Shown here piece by piece: positions 47,957-58,929 of a stretch of 64,000 bases of DNA. The stretch is from Alphaproteobacteria bacterium 16-39-46 (GTDB lineage: Bacteria; Pseudomonadota; Alphaproteobacteria; 16-39-46): assembly GCA_002257235.1 (NCBI GenBank), contig NCGZ01000002.1, positions 56-64,055 of the forward strand, in the 5' to 3' direction. Position numbers and translations under genes: made by a program. Within the stretch, counting starts at the first letter, position 1; each line of letters starts with the position of its first letter. A model generated the notes under the pieces. That model was given only the letters and a program-made list of their open reading frames with translations. It was not told the DNA's origin and ran no database searches.

Positions 47957-48655
47957 TTAAGGTTGTAACCTTGTCAATTTCCAGGCACCATTGACAAGGT
48001 CATAACGAAGTCTTTGATGAATACGGGTCTTAACACCCACCCAAAACTCAACCCAGTCAAAAAGGAGATGATATCCATGCCATCCTCTTGGACGCGTCAT
48101 CTCAACATTCTCGTTTTCGATGAATTGGTATATTTGACGCGTGAGCTCTTCCTCATCTCTTAAAATGGCGCTTTGCTGAGAAATGATTGCGACGGCTTTA
48201 GCCTCTCGCGTTCTATCCTTAAAGTTTAAATCTGATTCAGAAGAGGATAACTTTTCAACCCGCCCTCCAAAACTAATTTGTTGAAGGGTTTCTCTCCAAT
48301 AGAGATTTCCCGCGGCAACGGGATGCGTTTTAATATTCTGACCTTTCTGACTGGTTTCACTTGTTCCAAACGTAATGCCGACTGGGGTTAATCCTTTCAA
48401 TAAAATAAAGCGACTTGAAGGGGTAAATCCATTCTGCGCATCGACAGTTGTCAGTGACATTGCATTTGGTTCTCGTATGTTCATTCTGTGGGCTTCTTTG
48501 AGCCAATGATCTAATAAAATAAGAGGATTATCAGGCGGCGACTCAAACAGTGTCATTACAAGAGTTGAATTACCTGTTAAGGTTTCTGGGTCACGCGTAC
48601 GACACGAAGTTGTGTTTTGAGATGCAAGTCGTTTTTTTTCGAGGGATGTCTCCAT
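47957..48655 (-). CDS. pdxH: Pyridoxamine 5'-phosphate oxidase
   Basis: FMN-binding fold with the C-terminal signature RMHDRLRYDL...W...RLQP. 232 aa. Confidence 0.85.
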   Translation of the reverse strand: METSLEKKRLASQNTTSCRTRDPETLTGNSTLVMTLFESPPDNPLILLDHWLKEAHRMNIREPNAMSLTTVDAQNGFTPSSRFILLKGLTPVGITFGTSETSQKGQNIKTHPVAAGNLYWRETLQQISFGGRVEKLSSSESDLNFKDRTREAKAVAIISQQSAILRDEEELTRQIYQFIENENVEMTRPRGWHGYHLLFDWVEFWVGVKTRIHQRLRYDLVNGAWKLTRLQP

Positions 48656-48672
48656 CGTATCAGACCCTTCTT

Positions 48673-51600
48673 TTAATCATATTCCCATTGCCAATTAATA
48701 CCTGCGCCGCCTGCAGTTTGGGTGTTTATATCGCTTTGAATGCTGACATTGGAGAGGATTTTTATTTCAATGGAGGCTTGAGCTGTGTTGGTTGTCAGAT
48801 CAGGAGAGACGCTTAAAGAGACATTATCGGAAAGAAATTGTCCAAGGTTAAGTCCTGCATTTCCGTTTTCACCTGCTGTGAACGAAAGTCCTCCAAGGCC
48901 GATGGCATTTCGGATATCATCGACAAACCCTAAAGGGCTACCTGTGCCTGTGAGATCTCCTAAAGCAGATGCAATTTGGAGGGATTGTAAAGGCGTTAGG
49001 GATCCAATGCCTTTTCCAAAAAGAACGCGAGACGCAATTTCACCCGGGGGGAGGGTGGGTTGAGATTTTAAGGTGAAGTGCGGTGTCATGAGACGTCCAT
49101 CAATGATGACTTGGGCGACAATACCGCCTGTTGTGATTTGGGCTGTCACATTAACATTGGGATCAAAGGTGGTATCGTCTGTAAAAAAGAGAGCGCCTTG
49201 TGTGAGGGAAAAGGTTTTACCAAAAAGGACATAATTTCCGCGATCGAGAGAGAGTTTTCCATTGAGTTTAGGCAGATTGAGCGTTCCTCCAACATTAATA
49301 TTTCCCGTCCAAAGAGATGTGAGACCCCATCCCTCTACGGAAAATTGTGACGGAATGGTAAGATTTATATTCAAAGAGATGTCGGGCGCCTGGGAGGAGG
49401 CTTCCTGCATATTTGTGGGGGGTGTGAGCTGAAGAATACTCATATTTTGAAGGAGTTCTTTTTTGGCATGAAGAAGAAAAAGAGCGGATTTTTGGAGCGC
49501 CTCTTTTTGTTCCTGCTCTGTATTTCCTTCTCGTGTAAAGGGCAGAACAATAATAGAATTTGGAAGTTTTTTAGGGATGTGAACCGCCAGTGGCGATACA
49601 GTCAAATTTCCAGTGATCGCGGGAGGATGTGAAACTTTATTTTTAATAAGATTTAAGTTTCCAGTTGCCTCAGCTGTTACAAGATCTAAAGAGACGAGAT
49701 GAAAGTTTGTGAGAATGGCCTCTAAGGTATAAGTTTCAGGTCCTGACTCTGAAAAAACTTGGGGACACGATCCCTTCATCTCAAGGACTCCGGCGTGTTT
49801 ATCATGAGCCCGTGCTTGAAGAATTTGGAAGCGATCGCCCGTTCCTTGAATTTTTAAGGAAATGTCTTGAAGAACAGTTCCTAAACTGAAATTTTCATAC
49901 TGGCCTTTTTGAAGGGAGAGAAAACCAGAAAGTTTTTTCTTATGGAGGGATCCCTCAATTATGATTTCGAGAGAAATATCTCCTTTTATGGTGTCGCCCT
50001 CAGAAACGAGAAAAGGAAGAAGAAATGGGGAAAGGGTCTCAAGGTGTCCCGTTCCGGATAGAGTGCATTTAAGGGGAGATGTCGGGTTTATAAAAAGATG
50101 ATTTCCATTTTCGAGAAGAAGGGGGAAGTCTCCTTTTACATGAAGATGGTTGACGTTTTTCTTGTCCTGACAGTCTAATTTAAAAGTCAAATTTCTTCCA
50201 TTCCAAGCCCCTGCTAAAATCCCTTCAAAATCTTCAATCTTCTCCTCGAAAAGAGACACTTGTTTTAGGGGTTTGAATGAAGCGTTTAAAGTAAGAAGGG
50301 GATGAAAGATGCTTCCCTTAAGATGGGCATCTCCTTCTAAAGAAAGCGGAAGGTTTAAAAAAGAGCTAAAAGAAGAGAGAAGAGGAAGGGGGAATTTTTT
50401 TAAAGAAGCATGTCCGTTCAGAGCCGTGTCTTTTTTTTCAAAGGAAAATAAAAAACAAGCTTTATCAATGTTAAGGCTTGTTTCTTGGATTTTTAATCCG
50501 GTTTTTGAAAACGTGAGGACCAAAGGGTGGTTTAAAGAGATTTTTTGTGGTCCAAAATGGCCGTCTAATTTTGTAAAACTTAAGGAAGAGAGGGCTTCTT
50601 TTTGAAGAAAAGTGACATCCGTTTTAATTTTAAGGTTTGTGTTGGGATTGCTCAAGGTGAGCAGTCCCTTTAAAGGAAGTTCTTTTTCGAAAAGCGATCC
50701 CTTAAGTGTTAACTCTAACTTCTCCAAAAGAAGCTCAGCCTCTTTTTTAAGATTTTGAAGTTTGAGGGAAATTTTCGTATTTTTTCCAAGGAAATCTTGT
50801 GATGTGGCTTTTAGATCTAAATGAACTAACGTTAATCCTTCGTGCTGAACGTCCTTTCCGTCAAGCTCTAGGGAGAGACCTTTTTCTTTTTGAGAGCTTA
50901 AACTCCCAACGAAATGTCCCTTTGGAAGATCCGAATTCAAAAGGGAGAGATCAAGCAGGGAGAACGCGAGATGTCCAAGGGGGAAAGGGGCGTTTTCCCA
51001 CGCTAAGTTTCCATGAATATTGAGGGAAGGACCTTCTATCTTTAAATTGTTAAGACGAAGAGTCCCTTGTTCCCATATGAAATCGAGATGTCCATCGAGG
51101 CTCGTTTGATCGAAAGGAAGCGTCATTTCGAGAACCCCATCAGCTGTTTTAGTTTCTTGGTTGAGGTGCCCCTTTATGTTCAAATAAGCTTTCTCTGATG
51201 TTTTTTCAGAGAAACAGGTGATCTCTAAGGCATTTTTAAAAATTCCTGAAACGTTAAAAAAAAGCTCTCTGGGCAAAGGTCTTTCAAGTAGTTCTAGAGG
51301 CACAGAATTTTGATCTTTCAGAAAGAGCCTGTTTATAATATTAAGCTTTCCCTTAAAATCAACAGAAGCAGCATCGAGTGGAAAATGACCTTCTCCTGAC
51401 AGAAGAAAATCCTCATTTGTGATTTCTCCATAGCGAAGCCTAAGAGACTCTTTCTCAAGATTCAGATCAAGGTTGAAGTCAAATTGTGTCGAAAGGGACA
51501 AAGCTCTCTCTTTAAAGAGATCAGGACAGGTAAGGTGACCTTCAAGAGTTAGGTTTGGAATTAAGTCGTAAGTTAAAACATAATTACTCTCAAGAGAAAG

Positions 51601-52428
51601 GAAGGAAGGACTCTCAAGCGTGAAGGTTCCAAAGAACTTTTGATCTAAACTGTCCTTTTGAAAATCTCCTTTTAAGATAAAGGGAACAGAGGACTTCAAG
51701 AATCCCTCTTTATCTTCTTTAAATTCAAAAATACCTTTTAAATGATGCGACGTATCATCGTAATCAATGTCTAAAAGAAGAAGAGAGGAGATGTTGAGTC
51801 CCTTAATTTTTAGAAACAGGGTACTTTCTGAGTCTTTTGAAAAGTGAGGAAGAAAAAAATGTCCTTCACTCGCGAGGTGGATCTCTTTGCCGCCATTTGA
51901 AAAAGAAAAATCCATGATTTCAAGATGGTCTAATTTTAAAGAAAGAGGGAGAAGAGGAACAGAAATCGTCTTGAGGGAAGAATAAATGTCTTCCCAAGAG
52001 ACAGAAGAGGGGTTCGTTTCAGAGGAAGACGAAAAGGTAATGGTTTCAGCTTTTAATAGATTTAATGTCAGCATGCCTTTTAAGAGGTCTTGCCATTTGA
52101 AACTGATTTCAAGGTTGTGAATGCTTAAGACAGAAGAGGATTGATCCTTGAGAGAGAGCGTTATTGTTTGAAGGCTAAAATTTTTGGGAAAATCTCCTTG
52201 AAAGCCACGTGCTGAAAAGTCAATGCCCTGTTTTTTGAGATAAGACGCGCCGGTGGAGAGGAGAAAGGTTTGTCCTTTTTTTGTTTCGAAAAGAACAAAA
52301 AGTCCGCAGCTTAAGGCCCCAAATAGACTTAAGAGGATTAAAAAAGTAAGAATAAATCCATGAAAGAGGCGCTTGTTCAAGAGGTGTACCCTTTTAGGTA
52401 TGAGTTTCATTTCTTTAAAGTGAAGCAT
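48673..52428 (-). CDS. tamB: Translocation and assembly module subunit TamB (DUF490/AsmA-like)
   Basis: 1251 aa with an N-terminal signal anchor and a long beta-rich body. The C-terminal DUF490-like region (GRLMTPHFTLKSQP...) lies directly downstream of tamA. Confidence 0.8.
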   Translation of the reverse strand: MLHFKEMKLIPKRVHLLNKRLFHGFILTFLILLSLFGALSCGLFVLFETKKGQTFLLSTGASYLKKQGIDFSARGFQGDFPKNFSLQTITLSLKDQSSSVLSIHNLEISFKWQDLLKGMLTLNLLKAETITFSSSSETNPSSVSWEDIYSSLKTISVPLLPLSLKLDHLEIMDFSFSNGGKEIHLASEGHFFLPHFSKDSESTLFLKIKGLNISSLLLLDIDYDDTSHHLKGIFEFKEDKEGFLKSSVPFILKGDFQKDSLDQKFFGTFTLESPSFLSLESNYVLTYDLIPNLTLEGHLTCPDLFKERALSLSTQFDFNLDLNLEKESLRLRYGEITNEDFLLSGEGHFPLDAASVDFKGKLNIINRLFLKDQNSVPLELLERPLPRELFFNVSGIFKNALEITCFSEKTSEKAYLNIKGHLNQETKTADGVLEMTLPFDQTSLDGHLDFIWEQGTLRLNNLKIEGPSLNIHGNLAWENAPFPLGHLAFSLLDLSLLNSDLPKGHFVGSLSSQKEKGLSLELDGKDVQHEGLTLVHLDLKATSQDFLGKNTKISLKLQNLKKEAELLLEKLELTLKGSLFEKELPLKGLLTLSNPNTNLKIKTDVTFLQKEALSSLSFTKLDGHFGPQKISLNHPLVLTFSKTGLKIQETSLNIDKACFLFSFEKKDTALNGHASLKKFPLPLLSSFSSFLNLPLSLEGDAHLKGSIFHPLLTLNASFKPLKQVSLFEEKIEDFEGILAGAWNGRNLTFKLDCQDKKNVNHLHVKGDFPLLLENGNHLFINPTSPLKCTLSGTGHLETLSPFLLPFLVSEGDTIKGDISLEIIIEGSLHKKKLSGFLSLQKGQYENFSLGTVLQDISLKIQGTGDRFQILQARAHDKHAGVLEMKGSCPQVFSESGPETYTLEAILTNFHLVSLDLVTAEATGNLNLIKNKVSHPPAITGNLTVSPLAVHIPKKLPNSIIVLPFTREGNTEQEQKEALQKSALFLLHAKKELLQNMSILQLTPPTNMQEASSQAPDISLNINLTIPSQFSVEGWGLTSLWTGNINVGGTLNLPKLNGKLSLDRGNYVLFGKTFSLTQGALFFTDDTTFDPNVNVTAQITTGGIVAQVIIDGRLMTPHFTLKSQPTLPPGEIASRVLFGKGIGSLTPLQSLQIASALGDLTGTGSPLGFVDDIRNAIGLGGLSFTAGENGNAGLNLGQFLSDNVSLSVSPDLTTNTAQASIEIKILSNVSIQSDINTQTAGGAGINWQWEYD

Positions 52429-52461
52429 TTTAGAAAAGAAAACAAGAATTTCTCGTTCTTT

Positions 52462-54444
52462 TTAAAAAGATTGTCCAATTCCGGCATAAATTTGGAAAGG
52501 AGAATCAACGCCGGCTCGACGACGGAGTGGAAAAGCGACATCGAATCGAATGGGGCCGATAGGGGTGTAATATCTTATACCACCTCCGACCCCCCAAAAA
52601 AGGGGATTTGAAAATGTTGGTGTTGGCCTATTAAAAACCGTTCCAGCATCAACAAAGGAAACAATTCCAATGTCTGTGGTGATTTTGGCAAGGAGTTCAA
52701 CGCCGGATTCAAAGGCGGAGGCGCCTCCGAGGGGGTTTTTTTGGGCATCTAGGGGGCCTGCCAATTGATATCCATAACCTCGAACAGATCCTCCTCCTCC
52801 GGCATAAAATAATTTGTCAGGAGGAACAGAATTTCGACTCCCATTAGGCATGAGACCGATGTTGACATAAGTTGAAAAAATGAGAGATTCTTCAGGATCC
52901 AGGGGTTGATGGAGCAATTGACGCAGGAAAATACGTGCAAAATTAGAAGTTCCTCCTAAAACTTTTGGAAAAGGAATGAAGGACCAGTCTGCTTTTAAAC
53001 CTGTTGTTGGGTTGAGAAGGCTATTGATACTTGAATAGTTAATATTAAGAGGAATGCTGGGAAGATGATAATCATTGGCTTTTCCTTCTCGTTTGATGCG
53101 ACTTGTAGAATACTCTCCGCCAAGAGAAGCTTGCCATGCTTCATTTATTTTGCGCTTGAGCTGGAGGAGTCCGCTGAGGCCGCGTTTATGATAAGCCTCG
53201 GGACGCTCAGACCCTCCCATGACAGACGCAACAAGTGTTTGGTCTGGTCTTAAAAAATGAGGGAGGGTATAGGTCGGCTCAATAATAGATTTGATTTTTC
53301 CGAGTTGTCCCGTGACATCAAGATTATCTCCGTCTCCAAAAAGATTTCGATTGCCCCAAAAAGCTTTGAGAGAGGCGCCTTCACTGGAAGCGTAATGGAG
53401 CCCTGCTCCAATGTAGAGTCGTTTGTTTTCAATAACACGCACCAAAATAGGAAGTTCTCCTTGGGCATTAAGTTCTTTTGCAGGAATGACATCTACAGAT
53501 GTAAATAGGTTGGACTGCAAAAGATTTGTTCTGAGCAGGTCTATTTTTTGAGCATCAAAAATGTCTCCTTTTTTCCAAAGGATCTCATCTTGAATATACG
53601 ACGCCTTAAGCAATTGCAATCCTTCAATGGAAACAGATCCAAATCGTGCCAACGAGCCGAAGTCCACCTGAATTAAAGCGTCCATTGTATGTGATTGTTC
53701 ATGAATGACAATGGACTGGTCGACAACTTTCGCAAAAGGATATCCCCGTGTCGCAAGTTTGCTGATAAGCGTGGTGACGGCTTCGGAAATCTCTTGCGCA
53801 CGCGCGGGATGATGGAGTTTGATACCAAGACTTTCAATATTACTTAAGAGGGATTCGAGTGCTCGAGGCGTAGGGTGAGATTTAAATTTAAAAGAATTGA
53901 GCGTATATCTTGGTCCGAGAACAATTTCTAAAATAACTTGGAATGATCCCGAGAGAGTAACATGAAGACCTCCTTCCAGAAATGGGACGACGCTACCATC
54001 ATAATATCCTTCAGACTCGAGGATTTTTTTGAAATGAGGAATATCTTCAAAAATGCGTCGTCTGAGTCCTTCAAGTGAGGGTGGGGGCCTGCTTTCAAGG
54101 GCAATAAGCTGTGACACTTCCTGAAAAAGAAGCAGAAGCTCTGGATCTGAAATCCCTTTAAATGAAACTGTATAATTTATTCCAGAGGTAAGGGCTGGAT
54201 GATCAAGAGGATTTTTCAAAAGCCTTGCAGGATGAATTAAGGAGGGCAAATGGGCGACGTGGGGAATCTCTTGGGCCTGTGTTTTATGGAAAAAAAAACA
54301 AAAGAAGCAACTTAAGAGAAAGACAGAGAGCGGTCTTTTTAAGCAGATGTTCTTAGATAGTTTATTACTTTGTTCCAAAAATTCGATCTCCTGCATCTCC
54401 GAGTCCTGGTGTAATATAGGCTTTTTCAGTGAGTCCTTTGTCAA
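52462..54444 (-). CDS. tamA: Omp85-family outer-membrane protein TamA (the true start is probably internal)
   Basis: POTRA repeats and a C-terminal 16-strand barrel ending in a terminal F (AGIGQSF). The annotated 5' end overlaps upp by 80 nt, so a downstream start is likely. Confidence 0.78.
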   Translation of the reverse strand: MTKDSLKKPILHQDSEMQEIEFLEQSNKLSKNICLKRPLSVFLLSCFFCFFFHKTQAQEIPHVAHLPSLIHPARLLKNPLDHPALTSGINYTVSFKGISDPELLLLFQEVSQLIALESRPPPSLEGLRRRIFEDIPHFKKILESEGYYDGSVVPFLEGGLHVTLSGSFQVILEIVLGPRYTLNSFKFKSHPTPRALESLLSNIESLGIKLHHPARAQEISEAVTTLISKLATRGYPFAKVVDQSIVIHEQSHTMDALIQVDFGSLARFGSVSIEGLQLLKASYIQDEILWKKGDIFDAQKIDLLRTNLLQSNLFTSVDVIPAKELNAQGELPILVRVIENKRLYIGAGLHYASSEGASLKAFWGNRNLFGDGDNLDVTGQLGKIKSIIEPTYTLPHFLRPDQTLVASVMGGSERPEAYHKRGLSGLLQLKRKINEAWQASLGGEYSTSRIKREGKANDYHLPSIPLNINYSSINSLLNPTTGLKADWSFIPFPKVLGGTSNFARIFLRQLLHQPLDPEESLIFSTYVNIGLMPNGSRNSVPPDKLFYAGGGGSVRGYGYQLAGPLDAQKNPLGGASAFESGVELLAKITTDIGIVSFVDAGTVFNRPTPTFSNPLFWGVGGGIRYYTPIGPIRFDVAFPLRRRAGVDSPFQIYAGIGQSF

Positions 54445-55015
54445 GGGCAGCTGTATAGAGCGTTATATCTGGAAAATATTGATGAAAAACGGCAAGACCT
54501 TCAGGAGCAGCAACAAGAGAAACAAACCTTATTTTAGATCTTTCAATGCCACGCTTTAAAAGAATGTTTACAGCATGGACAGCGGAATTTCCGGTGGCAA
54601 GGAGAGGATCAACAAGGATAAAAAGTCTTTGCTCTGGATCGGGAAGTTTTACGAGATATTCCACGGGCATTTTTGTGATGGGATCCCGGTAAAGACCAAT
54701 ATGTCCCACAAGGGCCCTTGGCATGAGATCAAGGAATCCCTCAGCCATGCCAAGGCCTGCTCTTAAAATAGGGACAATGGCAATTTTACTTTCTGCCACA
54801 AAGAAGGCTTCCATGTGGGTGATGGGCGTTTCAATCATCCGTGGTGCAAGGGGCAGATCACGCGTGACTTCATACCCCATCAAAAGGGCAATTTCATTTA
54901 AAAGACGCCGAAAAAGAATACTATCGGTCTCTTTCATACGCATGAGGTTTAATTTGTGCTGGATTAAGGGATGATCGACGATGTGTAAATTAGGAAAATG
55001 GGTCGCGTCAGACAT
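54365..55015 (-). CDS. upp: Uracil phosphoribosyltransferase
   Basis: 216 aa with a PRPP-binding motif and a C-terminal [17 protein letters not shown]. Confidence 0.95.
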   Translation of the reverse strand: MSDATHFPNLHIVDHPLIQHKLNLMRMKETDSILFRRLLNEIALLMGYEVTRDLPLAPRMIETPITHMEAFFVAESKIAIVPILRAGLGMAEGFLDLMPRALVGHIGLYRDPITKMPVEYLVKLPDPEQRLFILVDPLLATGNSAVHAVNILLKRGIERSKIRFVSLVAAPEGLAVFHQYFPDITLYTAALDKGLTEKAYITPGLGDAGDRIFGTK

Positions 55016-55280
55016 AAGGTAACCTTTCTAAGAGAGTGCTGTATTTGTTTTACAAAGGATTGAGAATTTCCTCAAGAATGTTCTTTTAAAAAAGAGATCT
55101 TTTTTGAGAGTGTGTCAAAATTTTAAGAATTTTCGAAAAGTTTTTAGAGATAATTTTTTAAATGAAAATATTTGCATGTCTTTCTATTTTAGGCTTTTTT
55201 TTGACGGGTAATTATTATAGGTTGGATCTGTCTTTTGAAAGACATAATTTTAAGAAACAAACTGTTCCGAGAGGTTTTTA

Positions 55281-57383
55281 GTGAGAGCTATTTTTAAAAT
55301 ACTGACACAAGCGTTCCAAAAGGAACGCCTTGGCGTTACCATTCTTGTGGCATTTTTATTAACGCCTCTGTTGGGTCTTCCTCCGACACGGTTTGGATTT
55401 TATCCTCAGTTAGGAATGATTATCCCGAGTGTTTGGTTTTTGGGGGGATGTGCCGGTCTTTGGAGTTGTTTTATTCTTCGAAAAAATCCTTACTTGGCAT
55501 TCAGGGTTTTTAAAATGCCCGTTGTTTGGGGGCCTCTGGCACTTGTAATCTTGACGTTGACTTTGAGCATTTTTCATCCCCTTCCTCTTCGAGATTGGGT
55601 GGGAGGGTGTCAAGTTCCCGAAGGTATTTTGACCTTATTAACCATTGGTTTCATGTCGTTTACGGCCGTTGTTGTTTATTATATGAATCGGTATAATAAA
55701 TTTATTTTAAGTGTGGCTGTTGGTGTTCTGATAATTCTATCCGTTTTAACAATCATAGGCGCTCCAAATTCCTTTATTGAAGATTTAAAGGGATGGGAAT
55801 GGGCCCCTCTTTATTTTGATGATTATCTTATTTTTGTTATGATCGGGACCCTTGGGATTTATTTGGCCCTGCGTTCAAAATTTCGTCACGTTCTTGTCTG
55901 GGATACTATTTCTATTTTGGTTTTGGGGGTTCTTTTCGGATTTATCCAGAATTCAACCCTAAAAGGCGCTGCTATTATTTCTGTGGGTGTGTGCTTGGGG
56001 ATGTTTGTCATTTCAAAATCATGGCCAAAACACTGGAGGAGAATCTGTCTCGCTTTAATTCCCATAGGATTGATGATTGGCATTACAGCGGGCCTTATTT
56101 TTTATGATGAACTTCAATCGTATCTGTCCATTCCTTTTTATTCAACATTAGAAAGTCGTACAAACCTTATTCGCGCGGTGTATGTCAATTTTACAAATCT
56201 TCCGTTTGATATAAATAGTCTGAAAGAGCTTTTTGTTGGAAAAGGGTGGGGGAGCTTTGGAGATGCCGTGACGTCTAATTTATTTCTCATCGAAAAAGTA
56301 GCTCTTTATAAAACGGGGACGTTTGATCCAAGCTGGGAATTTATTTCCCGTGATTTGATGCACAGTCATAATAGCCTCGCTGAAATTTTTAATGCGTTGG
56401 GGCTCTTTGGTGTTTTTGCTCTTTTTGGGATTAATGTTGCCCTCTTTCAGTCTATTCGGCAGGATTCTTTTATCGGGGGACTTTTTTATCTCGTCATGAT
56501 CCTTGTCTTAGGTCTTTTATGGTTTCAACTCCCGAATACAATTCCGTTTACTGTTTTGGGAGGAGCATTTCTGCTAAGACGGTCTGTATTTCCCTTTAAG
56601 GGAGGAGACCAATTAATTCTTGGGAAGAAAGGAAATCGATATATTTCTTTTGGTATGCAGATTGTTTCTATTTTGATGATCTGTTGGTCCATTTTCTATG
56701 GAATACTTGATTCCCAAATGCATGAAAAACTTGCTCTTAGGCCAGAGAGAAGTTTATTTTTAACGATGCAAAACTATTTAGAGTCTCCTTTTATCCCCTA
56801 TGAAGCTATTATTGGCGGGTCGCGGCAGGTGGGTTATGCGCGTTCTGTCACGTATGAATTTGTGCGTGCCATGCGTTTGTCTCCAAAAGAAGATTATAAG
56901 CCTGCTATGGAGGCGAGCCTTTCCATCGCGCGCGATCTTATCAAGAAGTTTCCAAGGGGCGGGAATGCAAATGCTTTTACAGTTGCGAATAATATCTATG
57001 GTGAAATGGCGGTTTCCCCAGAAACCAAGACCTATTTCTTTCAGTCTTTAGAGCCGTTTCAGAACTGGAAATTAGCGGCTCAGGCTCTTATAAAATTTGT
57101 GCCCAACCGTGTGGATATCCTTATTCCTCATCTCAGCATGCTGATGGAAAGAGGTCAAGAAAATGAAGTCTTGGATTTGACTGATAAAATCTTGAGGAAG
57201 GACCCTGTAAATTCTCTTGCTCTTTGGTATAAGGGCGGTGTCTTGCTGGGGCGCGAGCGGACTTTCCAGGCAGGCGTTTGCGCACTGCAAGAGAGCCTTC
57301 ATCTGGGTGTTGAGCGATTTATGCCCGTTCCCAGATCTGAGAAAGAAAAAATTATGAGCCTTAATGTGCTTTGTGGTTTTTGA
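55281..57383 (+). CDS. O-antigen ligase (Wzy_C)-like polytopic membrane protein with a C-terminal TPR domain
   Basis: About 12 TM helices over the first ~450 aa with a large periplasmic loop, followed by a helical TPR-like region at about 480 to 700 aa. Confidence 0.55.
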   Translation: MRAIFKILTQAFQKERLGVTILVAFLLTPLLGLPPTRFGFYPQLGMIIPSVWFLGGCAGLWSCFILRKNPYLAFRVFKMPVVWGPLALVILTLTLSIFHPLPLRDWVGGCQVPEGILTLLTIGFMSFTAVVVYYMNRYNKFILSVAVGVLIILSVLTIIGAPNSFIEDLKGWEWAPLYFDDYLIFVMIGTLGIYLALRSKFRHVLVWDTISILVLGVLFGFIQNSTLKGAAIISVGVCLGMFVISKSWPKHWRRICLALIPIGLMIGITAGLIFYDELQSYLSIPFYSTLESRTNLIRAVYVNFTNLPFDINSLKELFVGKGWGSFGDAVTSNLFLIEKVALYKTGTFDPSWEFISRDLMHSHNSLAEIFNALGLFGVFALFGINVALFQSIRQDSFIGGLFYLVMILVLGLLWFQLPNTIPFTVLGGAFLLRRSVFPFKGGDQLILGKKGNRYISFGMQIVSILMICWSIFYGILDSQMHEKLALRPERSLFLTMQNYLESPFIPYEAIIGGSRQVGYARSVTYEFVRAMRLSPKEDYKPAMEASLSIARDLIKKFPRGGNANAFTVANNIYGEMAVSPETKTYFFQSLEPFQNWKLAAQALIKFVPNRVDILIPHLSMLMERGQENEVLDLTDKILRKDPVNSLALWYKGGVLLGRERTFQAGVCALQESLHLGVERFMPVPRSEKEKIMSLNVLCGF

Positions 57384-57614
57384 GGAGAAGAACCAAGATA
57401 GATCAAGATAGATAGTGTGGCAAAATAGTCCTTCGTGCTCTTTTTTTTTTGCCCAAAGTATGGTTAAGGCCTTGCTGAATTAAAAAAAGGTTGTTAAGTC
57501 TTGTAGGGTAATTCTCTTCAGGAAGAGGTTCCTTCTGAAAGGGTAAGAACAATATTAGAGAAAAACCCTTAGGAAATTTAGGGTTTTGTTGGTTCATTTT
57601 AGAGAGGTTTTATA

Positions 57615-58913
57615 ATGTTTCAAAAGAAAATAATGAAAGCACTTCTTTTAACAGCATCTGTTGGGGGAATTGTATGTGGTTTAGGAGCTGATTACGCTGA
57701 AGCTAAAAAGACAGGTAGAGTTGGCGTGTCTAATTCAACCGTTTATGGTGTTAGTGATGGTCGTACGGTTTATGGCGGTGCAAATGGTCGCACAGGATAT
57801 CAACAACTTGCAGTTGGAAGCTGGGTAAACGTTGGTGGACAGACCATTGCTGGAGCTGCTCACTATATTTATGTTCAGGCAGGTACTTACCTTGACGGTG
57901 ATTCCGCATTAAACCAAGACAGCACTATTATTACCGAAGTTCAAACAACGAGAGTTGCAACCGGTGCTCAGATGAGCATGGTTTCCCGTCGTATTGACAA
58001 CGTGATGGGAGCGCAATCTCAAGCTTCTGCCGGATCTGTGTCTCTTACAGGTGGAAATTCTGGTCCAGAAAGCAAGAATCGCAATGTTTGGGCCGATGTT
58101 GGATATAACAACATTAACATGAGTCAAAGCGATCTTAAATGGGATGCGAATTTATTAACAGCCGCCATTGGAACAGACCGTAAATTTAATGATAAAATCA
58201 TCGGTGGTGTTGCGTTAACATTCAGTTATCTCGGTGGTAAGACGAAATATAACCAGGGTAACATTGGCGACTATGCATATGGTCTTGTTCCCTATGCTTC
58301 TTTCAAGGTTACGAATAAGTTTAGCATTGATGCGATGGCTGGATATAACTATGTTCAAAAACATCGTGATCGTATCTCTCCTGACGAAGTTACCCTTACA
58401 ACAAACTTTAACGGTCCAAAGCTGAAGAGCTCACCGACCTCCAATCGTTATTTTGCCGGTGTATTTGGTAACTTAAGACACAGTATGAATAAGACAAATC
58501 TTCTTGGAACCCTTGGATTTACTTATGCCAACGATTCCCAGAAATCTTTCTCTGAGTCTGGTGGACCACAAGCAGGGATATATTCATCACAATCGACAAG
58601 CCTTTCACAGGTTCAAACAAGATTGCAAGCTGGTCAACGTATGGCAGCTTGGGTAGAGCCTTATGTTTTTGGTGTGTATAATTATGATATTTCTGCGACA
58701 AAGACTTCAGCATCTACAGGCTCTTTTGTTCCAGGTAATTCCATTAATTACTCAAATCCAAATAATGCCGTTGGAAAGAGCACTTATGGTGGTGGTCTTG
58801 GTCTAAAACTCTTCGGAACTCAGAACTTCTCCGGTGGTTTGGAAGGATCTTACACTGTTAACAAAGATCTTACGAACATTGGTGTTATGGGTAACGTTAA
58901 ATACAACTTCTAA
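57615..58913 (+). CDS. Outer-membrane beta-barrel protein (autotransporter-type beta domain with a short passenger)
   Basis: Signal peptide, alternating amphipathic beta strands and a C-terminal aromatic residue (NVKYNF). Confidence 0.5.
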   Translation: MFQKKIMKALLLTASVGGIVCGLGADYAEAKKTGRVGVSNSTVYGVSDGRTVYGGANGRTGYQQLAVGSWVNVGGQTIAGAAHYIYVQAGTYLDGDSALNQDSTIITEVQTTRVATGAQMSMVSRRIDNVMGAQSQASAGSVSLTGGNSGPESKNRNVWADVGYNNINMSQSDLKWDANLLTAAIGTDRKFNDKIIGGVALTFSYLGGKTKYNQGNIGDYAYGLVPYASFKVTNKFSIDAMAGYNYVQKHRDRISPDEVTLTTNFNGPKLKSSPTSNRYFAGVFGNLRHSMNKTNLLGTLGFTYANDSQKSFSESGGPQAGIYSSQSTSLSQVQTRLQAGQRMAAWVEPYVFGVYNYDISATKTSASTGSFVPGNSINYSNPNNAVGKSTYGGGLGLKLFGTQNFSGGLEGSYTVNKDLTNIGVMGNVKYNF

Positions 58914-58929
58914 TTCTAGAGACTTCTCT

